NCBI RefSeq assembly: GCF_006345805.1
Contig: NC_043006.1
Span: 36,270,001 to 36,334,000 of the forward strand
Direction: 5' to 3'
Source of the DNA: Octopus sinensis
Lineage: Eukaryota
DNA length: 64,000 nucleotides
Part shown: positions 12,990-25,633 of the stretch, piece by piece
Layout of the letters: each line of letters opens with the position of its first letter
Position numbering within the stretch: position 1 is the first letter of the stretch
Translations under genes and position numbers: made by a program
The notes under the pieces: model-generated
What the model was told of the DNA's origin: nothing
Databases searched by the model: none
The model's input: only the letters and a program-made list of their open reading frames with translations

Positions 12990-13385
12990 TAATAATTCTT
13001 TCTAATTTTGGCACAAGGCCAGCAAGTTCGGAGAGGGGTTAAGCCGATTACATCGATCCCAGTGCTCAACTGGAACTTCGTTTATCGACCCAAAAAGGAT
13101 GAAAGGCAAAGTCGGCCTCGGCGGAATTTGAACTCAAAACGTTAAGACACGAAATGTCACTGAGCTTGTCGTGCTAATTCTGCCGGAGCGCTACAGTAAT
13201 AAATAAAAAATATTTTCTACTATAAGCACAAGGCCTGAACATTTTCGTGGGGTGGGGAAAGGGATTAGTCTATTATACCGACTCCAGTGATCCAGTAGTA
13301 CTTATTTTATCGACCTCGAAAGGATGAAAAACAAAGTTGATCTCTGTCTAAACTCAAAGTTAAACCGGAAGAAATACCGCTAAGA
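12990..13385 (-). mobile_element. Two adjacent copies of a second tRNA-derived SINE family
   Basis: Both contain GGCACAAGGCC...ATCGACC...GGATGAAA...AAAGT.GA...GAACTC, the reverse complement of the full-length copy at 34726-34960. Confidence 0.85.
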
Positions 13386-13699
13386 TTTGTCATGAGAAAA
13401 TATTTATATTTGATAAGTTGTGTATGGTTGGCACGCGTTTTCATTGAAATTGGCTGAAAAAAAAAAAAAAGAAAGTGGAAGTATACTCTGTGAGTGTTTG
13501 TGTGTACACATCGCGCACGCACATCATTTTTAGTAAGACCATCATCTGGGTCAGAGTTTCTCGTGGTTGAAGATTTAATAGACGGACAATTTGTCATGTT
13601 GAATAATTTTAAGATGGGTTTGAAATTTTTCATATTTGTCCAACATTATGACAAAGATTTCATGAATGGATATTATATTTTGTCTTCACAGTAATAACA

Positions 13700-13841
13700 A
13701 AAAGGACAGCAAAATGTTCACTAATGTTTTCTTGTAGGATCGGTTTGTTGGTATTTGTAAGTTTGAGAACCATTAGAGTCAGTCAAGGTATCGGCAGATC
13801 CAGAGTGACCGTCAGTACTAAGAGCAAGTGCCTTCTCCCGG

Positions 13842-13885
<44 letters not shown>

Positions 13886-14488
13886 TGGCAGTGCCCCAGC
13901 ATGGCCACAGCTTGTGAGCTGAAACTAAATAAAATTAAAAAAATAAAATATACATAATCTTAACACACGCGCACGCGCGTCTGAGTATACATTTATTTGA
14001 CAAGAGTATTATCAATTATTTATTACATGTGAACGAATATAAGTGAGGTGCTAACCAGTGCAACACTAAATCAAGGGTATTCTTCCTCTATTCGGTCAGA
14101 AGACTTCAATCTGAGACAGAAAATATTTCCTTTGGGATTATTATACGTCCTAAGCAATACAAACTCTTATATATCAATACACTTCCTTCTTCAGCCAAGC
14201 CCTTGACGATTTTTTTCAAGTCCCGCTTGGAGAGGAAGACGAGAAGGAAGTGCTGCTTTCCAGTGAATTTATGAGGTAGGTGAAGGTGGTGAGCATGTTT
14301 CGAGTGAAAAGGTCCACTCCCAGTATGCGCGTGTAGACCAAGACAGCCGGGAGAAGGCACTTGCTCTTAGTACTGACGGTCACTCTGGATCTGCCGATAC
14401 CTTGACTCACTCTAATGGTTCTCAAACTTACAAATACCAACCAACCGATCCTACAAGAAAACATTAGTGAACATTTCGCTGTCCTTTT
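13700..14488. repeat. Inverted duplication, ~146-bp arms (13700-13845 and 14343-14488)
   Basis: Hand alignment gives 3 internal mismatches. The ~500-bp spacer has (TA)n, a SINE tail and unique sequence. Confidence 0.95.
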
Positions 14489-15845
14489 CTTCTGTTTCTT
14501 CTGCTTTTTTCCCCCAGCAAATGTCCACTTATAGATGTTCGAGCTAAACATTATCAGTCTTGCTGGGCACGCTAAGGTCATGGAAACTAGCCTCATCTGA
14601 TGATTGCTTTTCTAAGAAGCCCTGAACAATGGTACTGTGAAACATTGTTTCATATTTCAATGTGTGTGTGTGTGTGTGTGTGTGTGCGCGTATATACACA
14701 CACGCACACAATGATTGCTACTATTACTATTTTCCCTATCATTTAGTCGTAGGAAAAGGAGAACCGCTTACTAGAAGCTATTATTGTAGCAACAGTGTGT
14801 GTGTGTGTCCGTGTCCATTATTCACTTTTTTTAATTATAAATCAGCGCTTGATAACGTACTGAATTGGCAAGTAATCATCTCACCTTCCGAGGAAGGGAA
14901 TTCGGGAAAAGTAGAGGGTGTTGTGAACCTAAAAGCAACCTACTGGACATTGATGACGGGCTCATATTGTCACAGAACCTTTTCAAAGGACCGAACCCCA
15001 TGAATTTTCTAATAACAAGTAAAGGATTAAAAAAAAACAATCGAATCTTTTCTCTTCGCTTTCTATTCATTCATCCATCCGTCTGTCTGCCCGTTTGTCT
15101 GTCACTGTCGTTCAACAAACCAATAAAGGACTTTGTCCAGAGAATAAAAAGAATATTGGGGATAATTTTAATTAAATACAGGATCGATGGGAGGATCAAT
15201 GCAAATAACATGGCGATCGATTTTAATTCGAAAATAAAGAGGAGTGAATAGCAGAATGAAGCACATTGCAAGTAGCGTTTCTGATTCAGTTGCGCGGAAA
15301 TCTTTATTTCACCCAGAGGATGTTCAACACTAATGAAAACCGTAGTACCGATGACACAAATTTTAAACCGACATCATCAAAAAGCAAGTAACAAAAGAAG
15401 GGAAAATAAATTGAATTGCTGTTATTTTGTCATAAATTGTTGCTATCAGCGATTGTTGTAGAAAGTTGTAAAAAAAACTCAATTCGTTTAACCAGAAAAA
15501 AGTTATATGGAAAGCAAAATAAATGGAAAAAAAAAAGCATCATTTTATTAATATCATAAAAGCCTTGAAAATCTATCTTCCTAGTTGTATGGCAAACCAT
15601 CAACAGCGTCATCATCATTGCCATGCTCTCATCTTCTGTATTGTTACTATTGGTAACAGGTGTTTCCCGCTGTTACTATCATAACTATTCATTATCGTCA
15701 CCGTCATAATTATCACCTCAACCTTCATTGCACTCACCATAGTAACTTTTATTTTTACAAGAAACCAGTTTCTTGAAATACCGCTCTTTCGTCTGGTTCT
15801 TTGTAGTTAAGGAGCTTGCTACTCAGTGTCTTCGTCTATAAACCT

Positions 15846-15850
15846 GGAAC

Positions 15851-15908
<58 letters not shown>

Positions 15909-16107
15909 ATGTATATATATATGTGTGTATATATATATATGTGTGTATATATGTATGTATATATGTGTGTGTGTGTGTGTATATGTATATATATGTATGT
16001 ATATATATATGTGTGTATGTATGGATATATATATGTGTATATGTATATATATATATGTATATATATGTATGTGTATATGTATGTATATATGTATGTGTAT
16101 ATGTATG

Positions 16108-16140
<33 letters not shown>

Positions 16141-16341
16141 ATGTATATGTGTATATATGTGTGTGTGTATGTATATGTGTATATATATATGTGTGTGTAT
16201 GTATATATGTGTATATATATGTGTGTGTATGTATATATGTGTATATATATGTGTGTATGTATGTATATATGTGTATATATATGTGTGTGTATGTATATAT
16301 GTGTATATATGTATGTGTGTATATATATATATGTCTATATA
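15846..16341. repeat. ~500-bp compound TA/TG/TATG microsatellite
   Basis: Visible directly; source of the four long artefactual ORFs at 15.8-16.4 kb. Confidence 0.95.
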
Positions 16342-16899
16342 TAGGATGGGCCGTAAAGATGGGACACATTTTAAATGCTAGTATCCTGGATTATAAAAAA
16401 GACAATACCGAATATATTTATTGCTTAACTGATATACAGAAGTTCAGCATATGACTCACTAGACAAGTAAGATTTGAATATTACATCTTGGAGATGGTCA
16501 TCACCACGAAAAGAACATTTACGAGCTCGATTTCTCATATCAACCATACTGCAGCTTAGCATATCAACTGTAATAGCTGCAATCGCCTGTCTCACAGAAG
16601 TTTGTAACAGCGTGCAGGATCACCTTTTGGCAAGTTGGCTGTCGCTTTCCAAAATGCTATCGGAATTTTCTTTGGGCTGCAACGATGGATCTTTCACTGA
16701 AGTATGCTTCGACCACGTATGCAATTTCTTTTCAAGTTCGCGGTATTATGAAAAATACTGTGAAAAATAGTAAAATATTAGCTATTATGTTGTACTCCTG
16801 TATATCAGTTATGTAATAAATATATTCGGTACTCTATATCATATTTATAATCCATGACACTAGCATTTAAAATGTGTCCCATCATTATGGCCCACGCTG
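16342..16899 (-). mobile_element. Internally deleted Tc1/mariner element (rosa/DD41D-like)
   Basis: ~41-bp TIRs (16342-16382 / 16859-16899) flanked by TA. The minus strand fuses an N-terminal HTH-like AYVVEAYFSERSIVAAQRKFR*HF to a C-terminal AIAAITVDML...MRNRARKC...HLQDVIFKS. Subfamily assignment is from recalled motifs. Confidence 0.85.
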
Positions 16900-18204
16900 T
16901 ATATTGAGAGAGAAAGTTGATATAAGAAACTCAAATACTTCTGTTTGTTTATCTTCCTTCTACATTGTGTGCGCGTTTAAGTATATATATATATATATTG
17001 CAACGCACGCATAACAACCTAGTGTTGTAGAGTTTTAGACATTTTGTCGTTGATTATTCCCAGGCCAGTCATTATACAACAGATCTATGATTGGAAGCAT
17101 CTTGTCGTATTTCAGAAATAACGTTTGTAGGCCACAGCATCCAATCCCAATGCGTCATTCGATTCTTTTAAGACCGTATGGTGTAATGTGAGAGAGGAAT
17201 AGTTTCTATTTTTCGTTAAGATATTGTATTGGAAAGCTTTTCACCAGAAATTCGAAATTTTTTTCTTAATTGCTACCATGAAACGTAAGTATTATTGCCT
17301 ACTAGGCTTTCGTATGATAAAAGTGCTGACACCGTGACTATATCTCAATCTATTCTTCACTACCATACAAAAGAATGTGGATTCGCTTTGAATATATCAA
17401 TAAGAATGCTAAGTCAAGTATTTAGTTATATTGGTTGTTTGCTTTTTTAAAAAGGAAAGTTTGAGTGGGCTTTTTTTTTTTACCTCAAGAATCTCTAACG
17501 TAACGCATGTCCTGAATTATTTTATATTCTTTCAATTATGTGACTCATATTTTTGTTGATTTGTCAACCATTTAGATGTTAGAGTTCGGGTCACGGACTT
17601 ACTAAAAGCTGTGATGTCAGTAACTAACGACATTTTACTGTGTTGCTAGTGAGCCGTATGTTCGCACTTATCAAGCAAACCTATGACTAAAAGCGATTCT
17701 ACCGAGTCTAGCCCTACATTTTTATATTAGGGGCTGTATTATCCAATGTTACCTACTAAAGACAGTTTGTGATGTGAGGGAGATTGGTTTGCTGTTACAA
17801 ATACACAGACAAAACACATTAGAGCCAATGAAGATGACTATGTGTTTGCTCGACCTGCTAGTGTGTGTGTGTGTTAGCAACCTAGATTCATTCATAGTCA
17901 TTGATGCGCGGCTGTGTGGTAAGAAGTTCGTTTAGTAATCTGGAGCTTCTGGGTTCGAGTACATTGTGTAGTACATTAGGCAAAAAGCCCAATATTTTAC
18001 CGTATTCTCAGATTGATCCAAACTTTGAGATTGGAATTGGACAAACATAAACTCTGTTGAGACCCGCTGAATAGAGTGCACTTGCGATTCAAGTGCGCAG
18101 CTTTGTCACGCATTACGCCAGGGTGATTTCACTTCAGGATTGATTACATTAAAGAATGAAGTATTTGTAGAATACTCATGTAATTACATGAGAATTTGAA
18201 TAGT

Positions 18205-18376
18205 TACCATATTTACTCGTGTATAAACCTCACCCCTAATTTAGTGTTAAATCTTGATACAAAACTTTTTCCTTTCATAGTTTTACCTTTGCCCCTTGTA
18301 TAAGTCGCACGCCAATTTCTTTTTCAGTTAAAACCAAAGATAAAGTAGTGCGGCTTATACACGAATAGATGTAGTA
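18205..18376. mobile_element. Short pogo/Tigger-like MITE
   Basis: TACCATATTTACTCGTGTATAA at left and degenerate inverted TTATACACGAATAGATGTAGTA at right; internal GTATAAGTCGCAC / GTGCGGCTTATAC pair. Confidence 0.55.
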
Positions 18377-18746
18377 AAGAATTGTTGATCAAACAACTGG
18401 AACACTCGTTTGTCGAAATCTGTGAAATTGTTGATGGTCAATTTCGTACAAAGAATATATATAAAGACATGTTGACGGTGACTTCAAAGCTTTGCTTGAC
18501 CCGGCAAGTCTGATTGGGCCGGTCCACAACGAAACTTCGAAGCCACTATCTGACTTTTACTTGCAAATATAACATTTGTACACTACTTAAATGTATTCTC
18601 AGTTAAGGTTTGACTATGTTATTTTTATACACACATATCCACCTCAGACTTCTGGTTGTATATTTGAGTAATTCATTTAATTCAGTATGCTTTATTATTG
18701 CCTCGATATTGTTTCAGATCTTCCGGATATATTGCTTATAATCGTG

Positions 18747-19088
18747 GCACTCCGTCGGTTACGACGGTGAGGGTTCCAGTTGATCCGATCAACGGACCAG
18801 CCTACTCGTGAAATTAACGTGCAGGTGGCTGAGCACTCCACAGACACGTGTGCCCTTAACGTAGTTCTCGGGGAGATTCAGCGTGACACAGAGTGCAACA
18901 AGGCTGGCCCATTGAAATATAGGTACAACTGAAACAGGAAGAAAGAGTGAAAGTTGTGGTGGAAGAATACAGCAGGGTTCGCCACCACACCCTGCCAGAG
19001 CCACGTGGAGCTTTAGTTGGGAATCGAAACCGTGATCCTATGACTGCGAGTCAACTGCCCTAACCACTGGGCCATTGCGACTCCACAC
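18747..19088 (-). mobile_element. tRNA-derived SINE, third family (composite or internally rearranged)
   Basis: 18747-18930 is the reverse complement of the body and tail at 37395-37716; tRNA-like head (A/B boxes) at 19018-19088. Confidence 0.75.
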
Positions 19089-19480
19089 AGCTTATAATAG
19101 ACTGATATCGTATACTGAGAGAGATTTATTTATCATCTCCCTACTTCAATGAAACTGGAGCTTAAACTCTGGTGCTTCAGAATCCTTTAGAGTAACCCAA
19201 CGCATCACTCCTTCTCCACCACCCCCTTCTTTCTCTCACACACAAATAAACAAATCTGCTCTAAGTTACAACTTTCTCACTTAAAAGTAGAAGGGCACAT
19301 TGAATAAATAAATAAATAGATAAAACAGTTGATCGTGTTTGGAATATGGCTTGAACACTGGTGTTTTCGGTAATAGATTATCTGTGGCTAAAGAACGACA
19401 TCGGCCTCAAGTCTTGCATACCAGTACATTAACACACGCGTGCGCGTGCTTTAGACGTTTCATTATATTATTGCACACGT

Positions 19481-19562
<82 letters not shown>

Positions 19563-20394
19563 GAGAGCGAGAGAGAGAGAGAGCTCTTTTTATATGTATA
19601 TAACTGGATAGATTGACTTGGAAGAAGGGCAACACCCGTGACTCTTCTGCTAGGCTTCAAACGCTGTTGGGAGAAAGGAAAAAAATGAAATAAAATAAAA
19701 CACCGATTCGAATTATCCCCAGAATTAACACCTGATTTGAATATGTAGAATTTCCATTCTGATAAAAGCACCAAAAAACATGTTAGTAGTGTTAAACTAG
19801 TCAGATGAAGTCTACCACATATACACACTATAAATAGATATATGTAAGGGTGTGTGTGTGTGTACACACACATAGTAAAGCGCTTTCCATAATAATAATC
19901 CTTTCTTCTATAGGCCCAAGTCCTGAAATCTTTTAAAAAAGGGGACTAGTCGATTATACGTATGTGTTTGCGTGTCATATTCAAACATATATGCTTATGT
20001 TAAGTTTAAATTATTGATTATTAGGAAATTTTAAATTTCCTATTATCCTAGAGTAAATCATTTTCAGTGCGTATTAAATTTTTTAAAAAATACCTTGTTT
20101 CATACACAGTGTGTATGTGCTGCTGCGAAAGATTGTAGGCACCGTCTATGCAGTCGCTCGATCTACAAGAAATAACAGTCGTATTTCCCGCAAATTATGT
20201 TCTAAGATCTAAAAACAAAATGGATGTATTTGATAGTTTAATTCTCATATACAAAGACAGATTGTCACAGCTGGAACGCTTGAGATCATGGGTCTGATTG
20301 AACAAAGTGACTTGAGGTTGAGGCTAAACTAACAATCATTTTACAGATATTTTAAAAACTTAGTCTTTTGTAAATTCATTCAATTCTAGAATGC

Positions 20395-20535
20395 TTATTG
20401 GAATATTAAATGGATCTTATTTCATTCACTCGGGGAAAGGTGAAAAGGCAAAGTTTGACTTGTTCAGATTTGAACTCAGAACGTAAAAGATTGCAAGTAA
20501 ATACCGACTGCGTTTTGTCCGCCGCTTTAACGAGT
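20395..20535 (-). mobile_element. SINE fragment, second family
   Basis: GAAAAGGCAAAGTTTGAC...ATTTGAACTCAGAACGTAAA motif. Confidence 0.7.
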
Positions 20536-20975
20536 TCTGCAGATCCACTACCTTGAAATCGAAAGGTTAGGTTAGTGCTGTTAGCATTTGCTCTGTGACT
20601 TAGATATTGATGATCATAATGGGAGAGTTTTGAGTGAAGTAGTTATGATGAAGAGCGATTGAGTAAAATAAGAGGAGCGGTAGTGGAAGTTATATAGTGT
20701 GAGACTTCAAGTATGGTGTCATAAAATCAAGCAATTCAGAAGAATTGAGTAAGTTAACACTTTCCTTAATATCTTCTCTTGATTTGTGCAAGCTCACTTC
20801 TATAGTAATGAGTTTAGACACACACACACACACACACACCTCATCTAATTCTTTGAGTCTATGTAATCTGAGTAAGTTTGCTCTATAAAAACTATATATA
20901 CTTGTATTTATACTTGATTGTTATCACCTGAAAATTTTGCGTCTGCCTTCTCTTTTTACACATGTGCATACATAC

Positions 20976-21021
<46 letters not shown>

Positions 21022-21227
21022 TACATTTAAACCTAAGGTTTTTATCTGTTCATTTTGAATCATTGTCCCCACATTTGCTCACTTGGATTCCCCTTATAGT
21101 CACTCTTCACCCTGCTAACTTGGTCCTCGGTGAAGATGTTGGATTGTAAATTCAAATCATTTGAGTGCGACAAAGTGTTTTCTATATTGAGATTCTCTCG
21201 ATCTCACCTATTGACTATTATATATGC

Positions 21228-21285
<58 letters not shown>

Positions 21286-21302
21286 ATAATATATATATAT
21301 AT

Positions 21303-21339
<37 letters not shown>

Positions 21340-21765
21340 ATTCAGTTAACAACATTGAAATAGCTCGTTTCATCATAATAAATGCTTATGTGAACATAGG
21401 TGAAATGAAAATTAAGAAAATACCTTACTGCTTTAATTTATACACACTTACACAAAGATATTTTAATTATATGATTAAAAATATATTGAATTGTTCGTTG
21501 ATGAGACGTTAAAAAAATTAGTAGCAGCAAAAATATTAAATGATAATTAAAAACAAAAGTCAGAAAGTAAAATATAATTGCATATTTATGTTTGTGGGAA
21601 CCTAACCATTAATGAAGATTCATAATTCGATATGAAAAAAAAAATTAGTTAAAACAACTGTATCACAATAGCATAATGACGATAATGATATTTGTAGCAG
21701 CAGCAGCAGAATCACTCTGTAGTGTAGTAGTGGCGGTTTCTTTATTCATAACAAAAGGCGGCGAA

Positions 21766-21915
21766 TTTGTAGAAGACGTTAGAGGTTTTGATGGAATGCA
21801 TTGCGATAATTATTCCGGTACCCAGCATTCCGAATTCAAATTTCCCCGACATCAACCTTGCCATTCATTCTTTCGGAGTCGATAAAATAAAGTACCGAGG
21901 TGGATCGTATCGACT
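21766..21915 (+). mobile_element. SINE, second family (decayed)
   Basis: AAGGCGGCGAATTTGTAGAA head, GAATTCAAATTTCC B-box, CTTTCGGAGTCGATAAAATAAAGTACC body. Confidence 0.7.
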
Positions 21916-24427
21916 AGCCCCTACCCTTTAAATAACATGCATTGTTTCTAAATCAGAAGACGGTAGAATCGTTAAAGCAACACCTCACTCAAAAATTGTC
22001 GGCCTCGTTCCTAAATGAAGCCATTATTGTTATGTTTTGGGCAACGAGGTGGTAGAATCATTATAACGTACCAGTCAAGTACTGGGGTTGATGGAATCCC
22101 TTTAGCTTCTCTCTCAAAACTGCTGATTTTATGCCTAAATTAGAACCCCTTATTATTGCAAATGTTGCTCCATCTTCGATATAAGTTCGAATCTCGTCGA
22201 AATTGATTTAAACTTTCATCCATCCAAGGTATATAAAATACGGAATAGCGGTCAAGTTCTTGAGATTAATTACTAACAGCAACAACAATAAGTTCTCTAT
22301 TATTGTCACAAAGGGCACTTATGACAGAACATTACAAAGCTTACATAAAAATGAAAATTAATGAAGACTGACACTATACATTGTATACAAATATGTGATA
22401 GCTTCAAGACAAGAGGACTGTTATTTAGAGTCAATCAAGAAATCTCGTATATCTCTGATTAATCTGATTACCAAGGGTTACTGCCTTACCCAAGCTGTAT
22501 TTCCCCGTGTATAGACATATTGAGAGTATGGCTATTCATTCAGACTATACACACCACTCTCACTCTCCTGCCAACAAGTTTAATTGAAGGCATCACTTCC
22601 CCTACATCCTTATCTTCCTCTCGCGGCCAAAGAGAAAAGTTTTTCCTCAGTCCTTCCAGTTATAGTCGTGTTCACTCAACTTCCGTTGCCAAAGCTATCA
22701 GGCAGAGAAAAACTATGCCCTTCCTAGCTAAAAGAAAGCAGCAGGATGATTTCCATGGTGGACTCGGCCGGTAGTCAGATGTGAACTACACATGACAACA
22801 GCTGTTCACCATGTGCAGAACAATCTCGTCGCTCTGTGCTCACCACAGGCGGGCTCGGTTATACTGTACAGGCATTTTCGTAACGGCAATAACCGTCTGT
22901 GGTACTACCAGTTTGGGGGATTTCTAGGCTGTCAGCCATAGTACTCGAGCTAAAAATCCTCCTGAATAAATCATCTAGTTAATTTTCGTCAACGCAGTTT
23001 CCTCGAAAATGTCCTCTTTCTCCTTTACCAGTAGCTCTTATAAGAAAGCTCGCGTGAAAGAATCACAAGCAGGCAACATTGATCGACTAAGTTGAGAGAG
23101 CTGTAAGTACTTAACAGTATTCCGAATGATAATAATCCTTTCTTTATTGGCCACAAGGGCCACTATTTTAAATAATAATGATGCAATAGTTAAGCTAGTG
23201 ACAATAGCAATTCGTATATATTAGGTTAGGGTAGTTGTGTAACTATGGAAACAGCGAGCAACGATGGCGGGTGGTGGGAGGAACGAAATCTGATTTAATA
23301 ATTGAAAAGTGTTTTCTCTTAAATGTATTTCCTCTGCTTTTATTTTATCTTATTCAAATCTTTTAAAAAATAAAAACGAAAGTAAATTTAATTTTTTAAA
23401 AACTTTGTAATCGAATTATTTTTAAGATTTTGTTTTTTTAATTTATGCGTTTCTATAAAATGCATGTCTACGAAACGGTGTTTGTTGTTCTTACGAATAT
23501 ATCTGTGGATGTCAATTGTATGTGTATGTATATAGTTACACATTACCGTTTGCGAATGAATGAAAATATCTGTTTTATGTGTATGTTCGTTTGAATATAT
23601 TTGTTATATAAATTATATTTGTATACAATAGTGTTTTGTTAATGTAGAGATATCTATTACGCATATATATGAATACACACACTCTGTATTTTCGTGCAAG
23701 ATGTTTCTTGTGCTTGTCTTTGTTGTTGATGATAATGATGATGATTTTTAACTTTGCTGAAGTTGTATTTATATGATTGCTATCAACCTAAGATGATGAG
23801 ATAAGATCGGCGTAAATCAAATTTGATGTTCGCCGCCACGTTCGCACTGAAAGTTTTATCATGTCATCCTAAAAAGACATGATAGCAAAAGCAGCTGCAA
23901 AGATCTTTGCTGCAAGCTACACAGCGCATTTTCTGCAGGTGTCACAGAGAAATTGTTGCCAACATTAAAGGTTAAAAAAGAAAGCAAAGCAAAACAATTT
24001 TATTTTCATTCTCCATTCTGCATCCATTTCCTCGCCCTCCCCCTTCCCTTCTCGTGTTAGTTGTCTTTCATTTTTTTTTTACTTTTCCTTCTTTTATCGT
24101 ATGCATGTTGCTAGTTGAGGCTGTTTACACCTCGCACTTGTAATTTTTTCGCGCGTGAGTGTGTGTGTGTGTGTGTTTGAATCAAAAGAATTTTGAATGG
24201 AAATTACTAGATGTTATTTACTAACTTGTAAATGTAGCCACAAGCTATTCAGAGGATTCAGAATTCGACAATATGGAACAACATCAAAACAAAAACAAAA
24301 ATAAATAAAACAACACTTTATAGTATTAAATCACAAGGATGTATAAAGTCAGTGCTTGCTCTGATTTTAAAAGAATCACGAAGGTGAAAGATACACTTCT
24401 CTCTTATTAGACAATAGAAAATGGAAA

Positions 24428-24590
24428 TAGGTATGGCTGTGCGGCCAAGATGTTCTCTTCGTAACCACCTGGTTCCTAAATCCGAACCCTCTATGCGGCA
24501 CATTGGACAAGTGTCTTCTTATATCACCTCAGTTTGGCCTATATCTTGGAACTGAAATTTAGTAACCGGAAACTACAAAAACCCGTTCTG
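24428..24590 (+). mobile_element. SINE 5' half (major family)
   Basis: GGTATGGCTGTG...GGACAAGTGTCTTCT...GGAAACTAC. Confidence 0.7.
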
Positions 24591-25094
24591 CCAACACGTG
24601 CGTGTATAATGTGAGTGTCGATGTCATAGGAATTTAGAAACTTCGAGAGAACATTTTTGTTTTGTTTTGTTTTTTTACGGTGAAACTTGAAGCAAATAAT
24701 GCTATAAATAATAGCATGTAAATATTAAATTTAAAAAGCCCTTGGAATAGAAAAAATCGGAGGCTGTCCAAGGCGTGATTTCTGGTCCCACGGGCATCGT
24801 TCGGCTTCTCCTATCCAAAGGGTTTTTAAAGCGATGGAAAAGCAGGAGTGCCTTGCGACACTCCGTATACCATGTACCCAACTTCGATCTACGATTGAAC
24901 CAGATTTCCCGTCCACCGAAACCAGTGAATCGGGGAAACATCTGTTTCGGCAGCGAAGACCACACCCGTTCACCATCCAGGTAGAGCCACAGGTGCCTCA
25001 GCCTATAACTCAACACTGCATGCTTACAAAGTATTTGTGAATTATATATGGAGGCATTCTTGTCTTATTATATGAGCACACTGGGCCATTGCTA

Positions 25095-25633
25095 CAGGGT
25101 GGTCCGAAAGTCTTGTCACCACCTGTAAATATTCGATTCTACTCTAGGAACAAGGCCCGAAATTTTTTTTTGGTGGGGGGTGCAGTTGATTACATCGACC
25201 CCAGTACGCGACTGGTACTTAATTTATCGACCCCGAAAAGAAAGGCAAAGTTGACCTGGTTGGAATTTGAACTTGGAACGTAACGACAGACGAAATACTA
25301 CCATCTATAAATATTGTATTAATTTTCTATTAACAAAGAGAGTTTCACAAGAGCGATCTCAGAATACCCAACATTTGAAGGACGCTTTTTCGGCAGCCTT
25401 TGCAACAATCGCCAAAGCACAGGTTCTTAAAATATCGCACAGGACATGGCACCGCATCATTTTGTGCCACGAAAATGGTGGTGTTCATATAAACCTTCTC
25501 GATATGTGATAGTGTCAATGTTTATAAAAGTGAATATGCTAAAACCAATACATGTATTTGATATTATTATATTGTTCCGCTAGTGTTCTTATTACTTTTC
25601 GGTTGTGAGTGACAAGACTTTCGGAACACCATA
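25095..25633 (+). mobile_element. Non-autonomous Tc1/mariner element with nested SINE (25141-25300)
   Basis: TA-flanked TIRs CAGGGTGGTCCGAAAGTCTTGTCAC / GTGACAAGACTTTCGGAACACCATA. Transposase C-terminus QHLKDAFSAAFATI...SHRTWHRIILCHENGGVH at ~25350-25509. Confidence 0.85.

Noticed and set aside
13534-13694. FLVVEDLIDGQFVMLNN resembles the alpha-kinase VE.(F/Y)I.G.F.K..NN motif
   Set aside because: The conserved Lys is absent and no other alpha-kinase motifs were found nearby.
15816-16454. Longest ORFs in the track (164-212 aa) and dozens of similar YI/VC/HT-rich ORFs elsewhere
   Set aside because: They are translations of TA/TG/CA microsatellites, which lack stop codons by composition.
19018-19088. 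tRNA-like sequence with A and B boxes (minus strand)
   Set aside because: No proper acceptor stem or 7-nt anticodon loop; it is the head of a SINE.
24870-24910. Minus-strand EIWFNRRSKL resembles homeodomain helix 3 (IWFQNRRSK)
   Set aside because: The invariant-position Q is missing and the upstream residues do not fit helices 1-2; likely chance.
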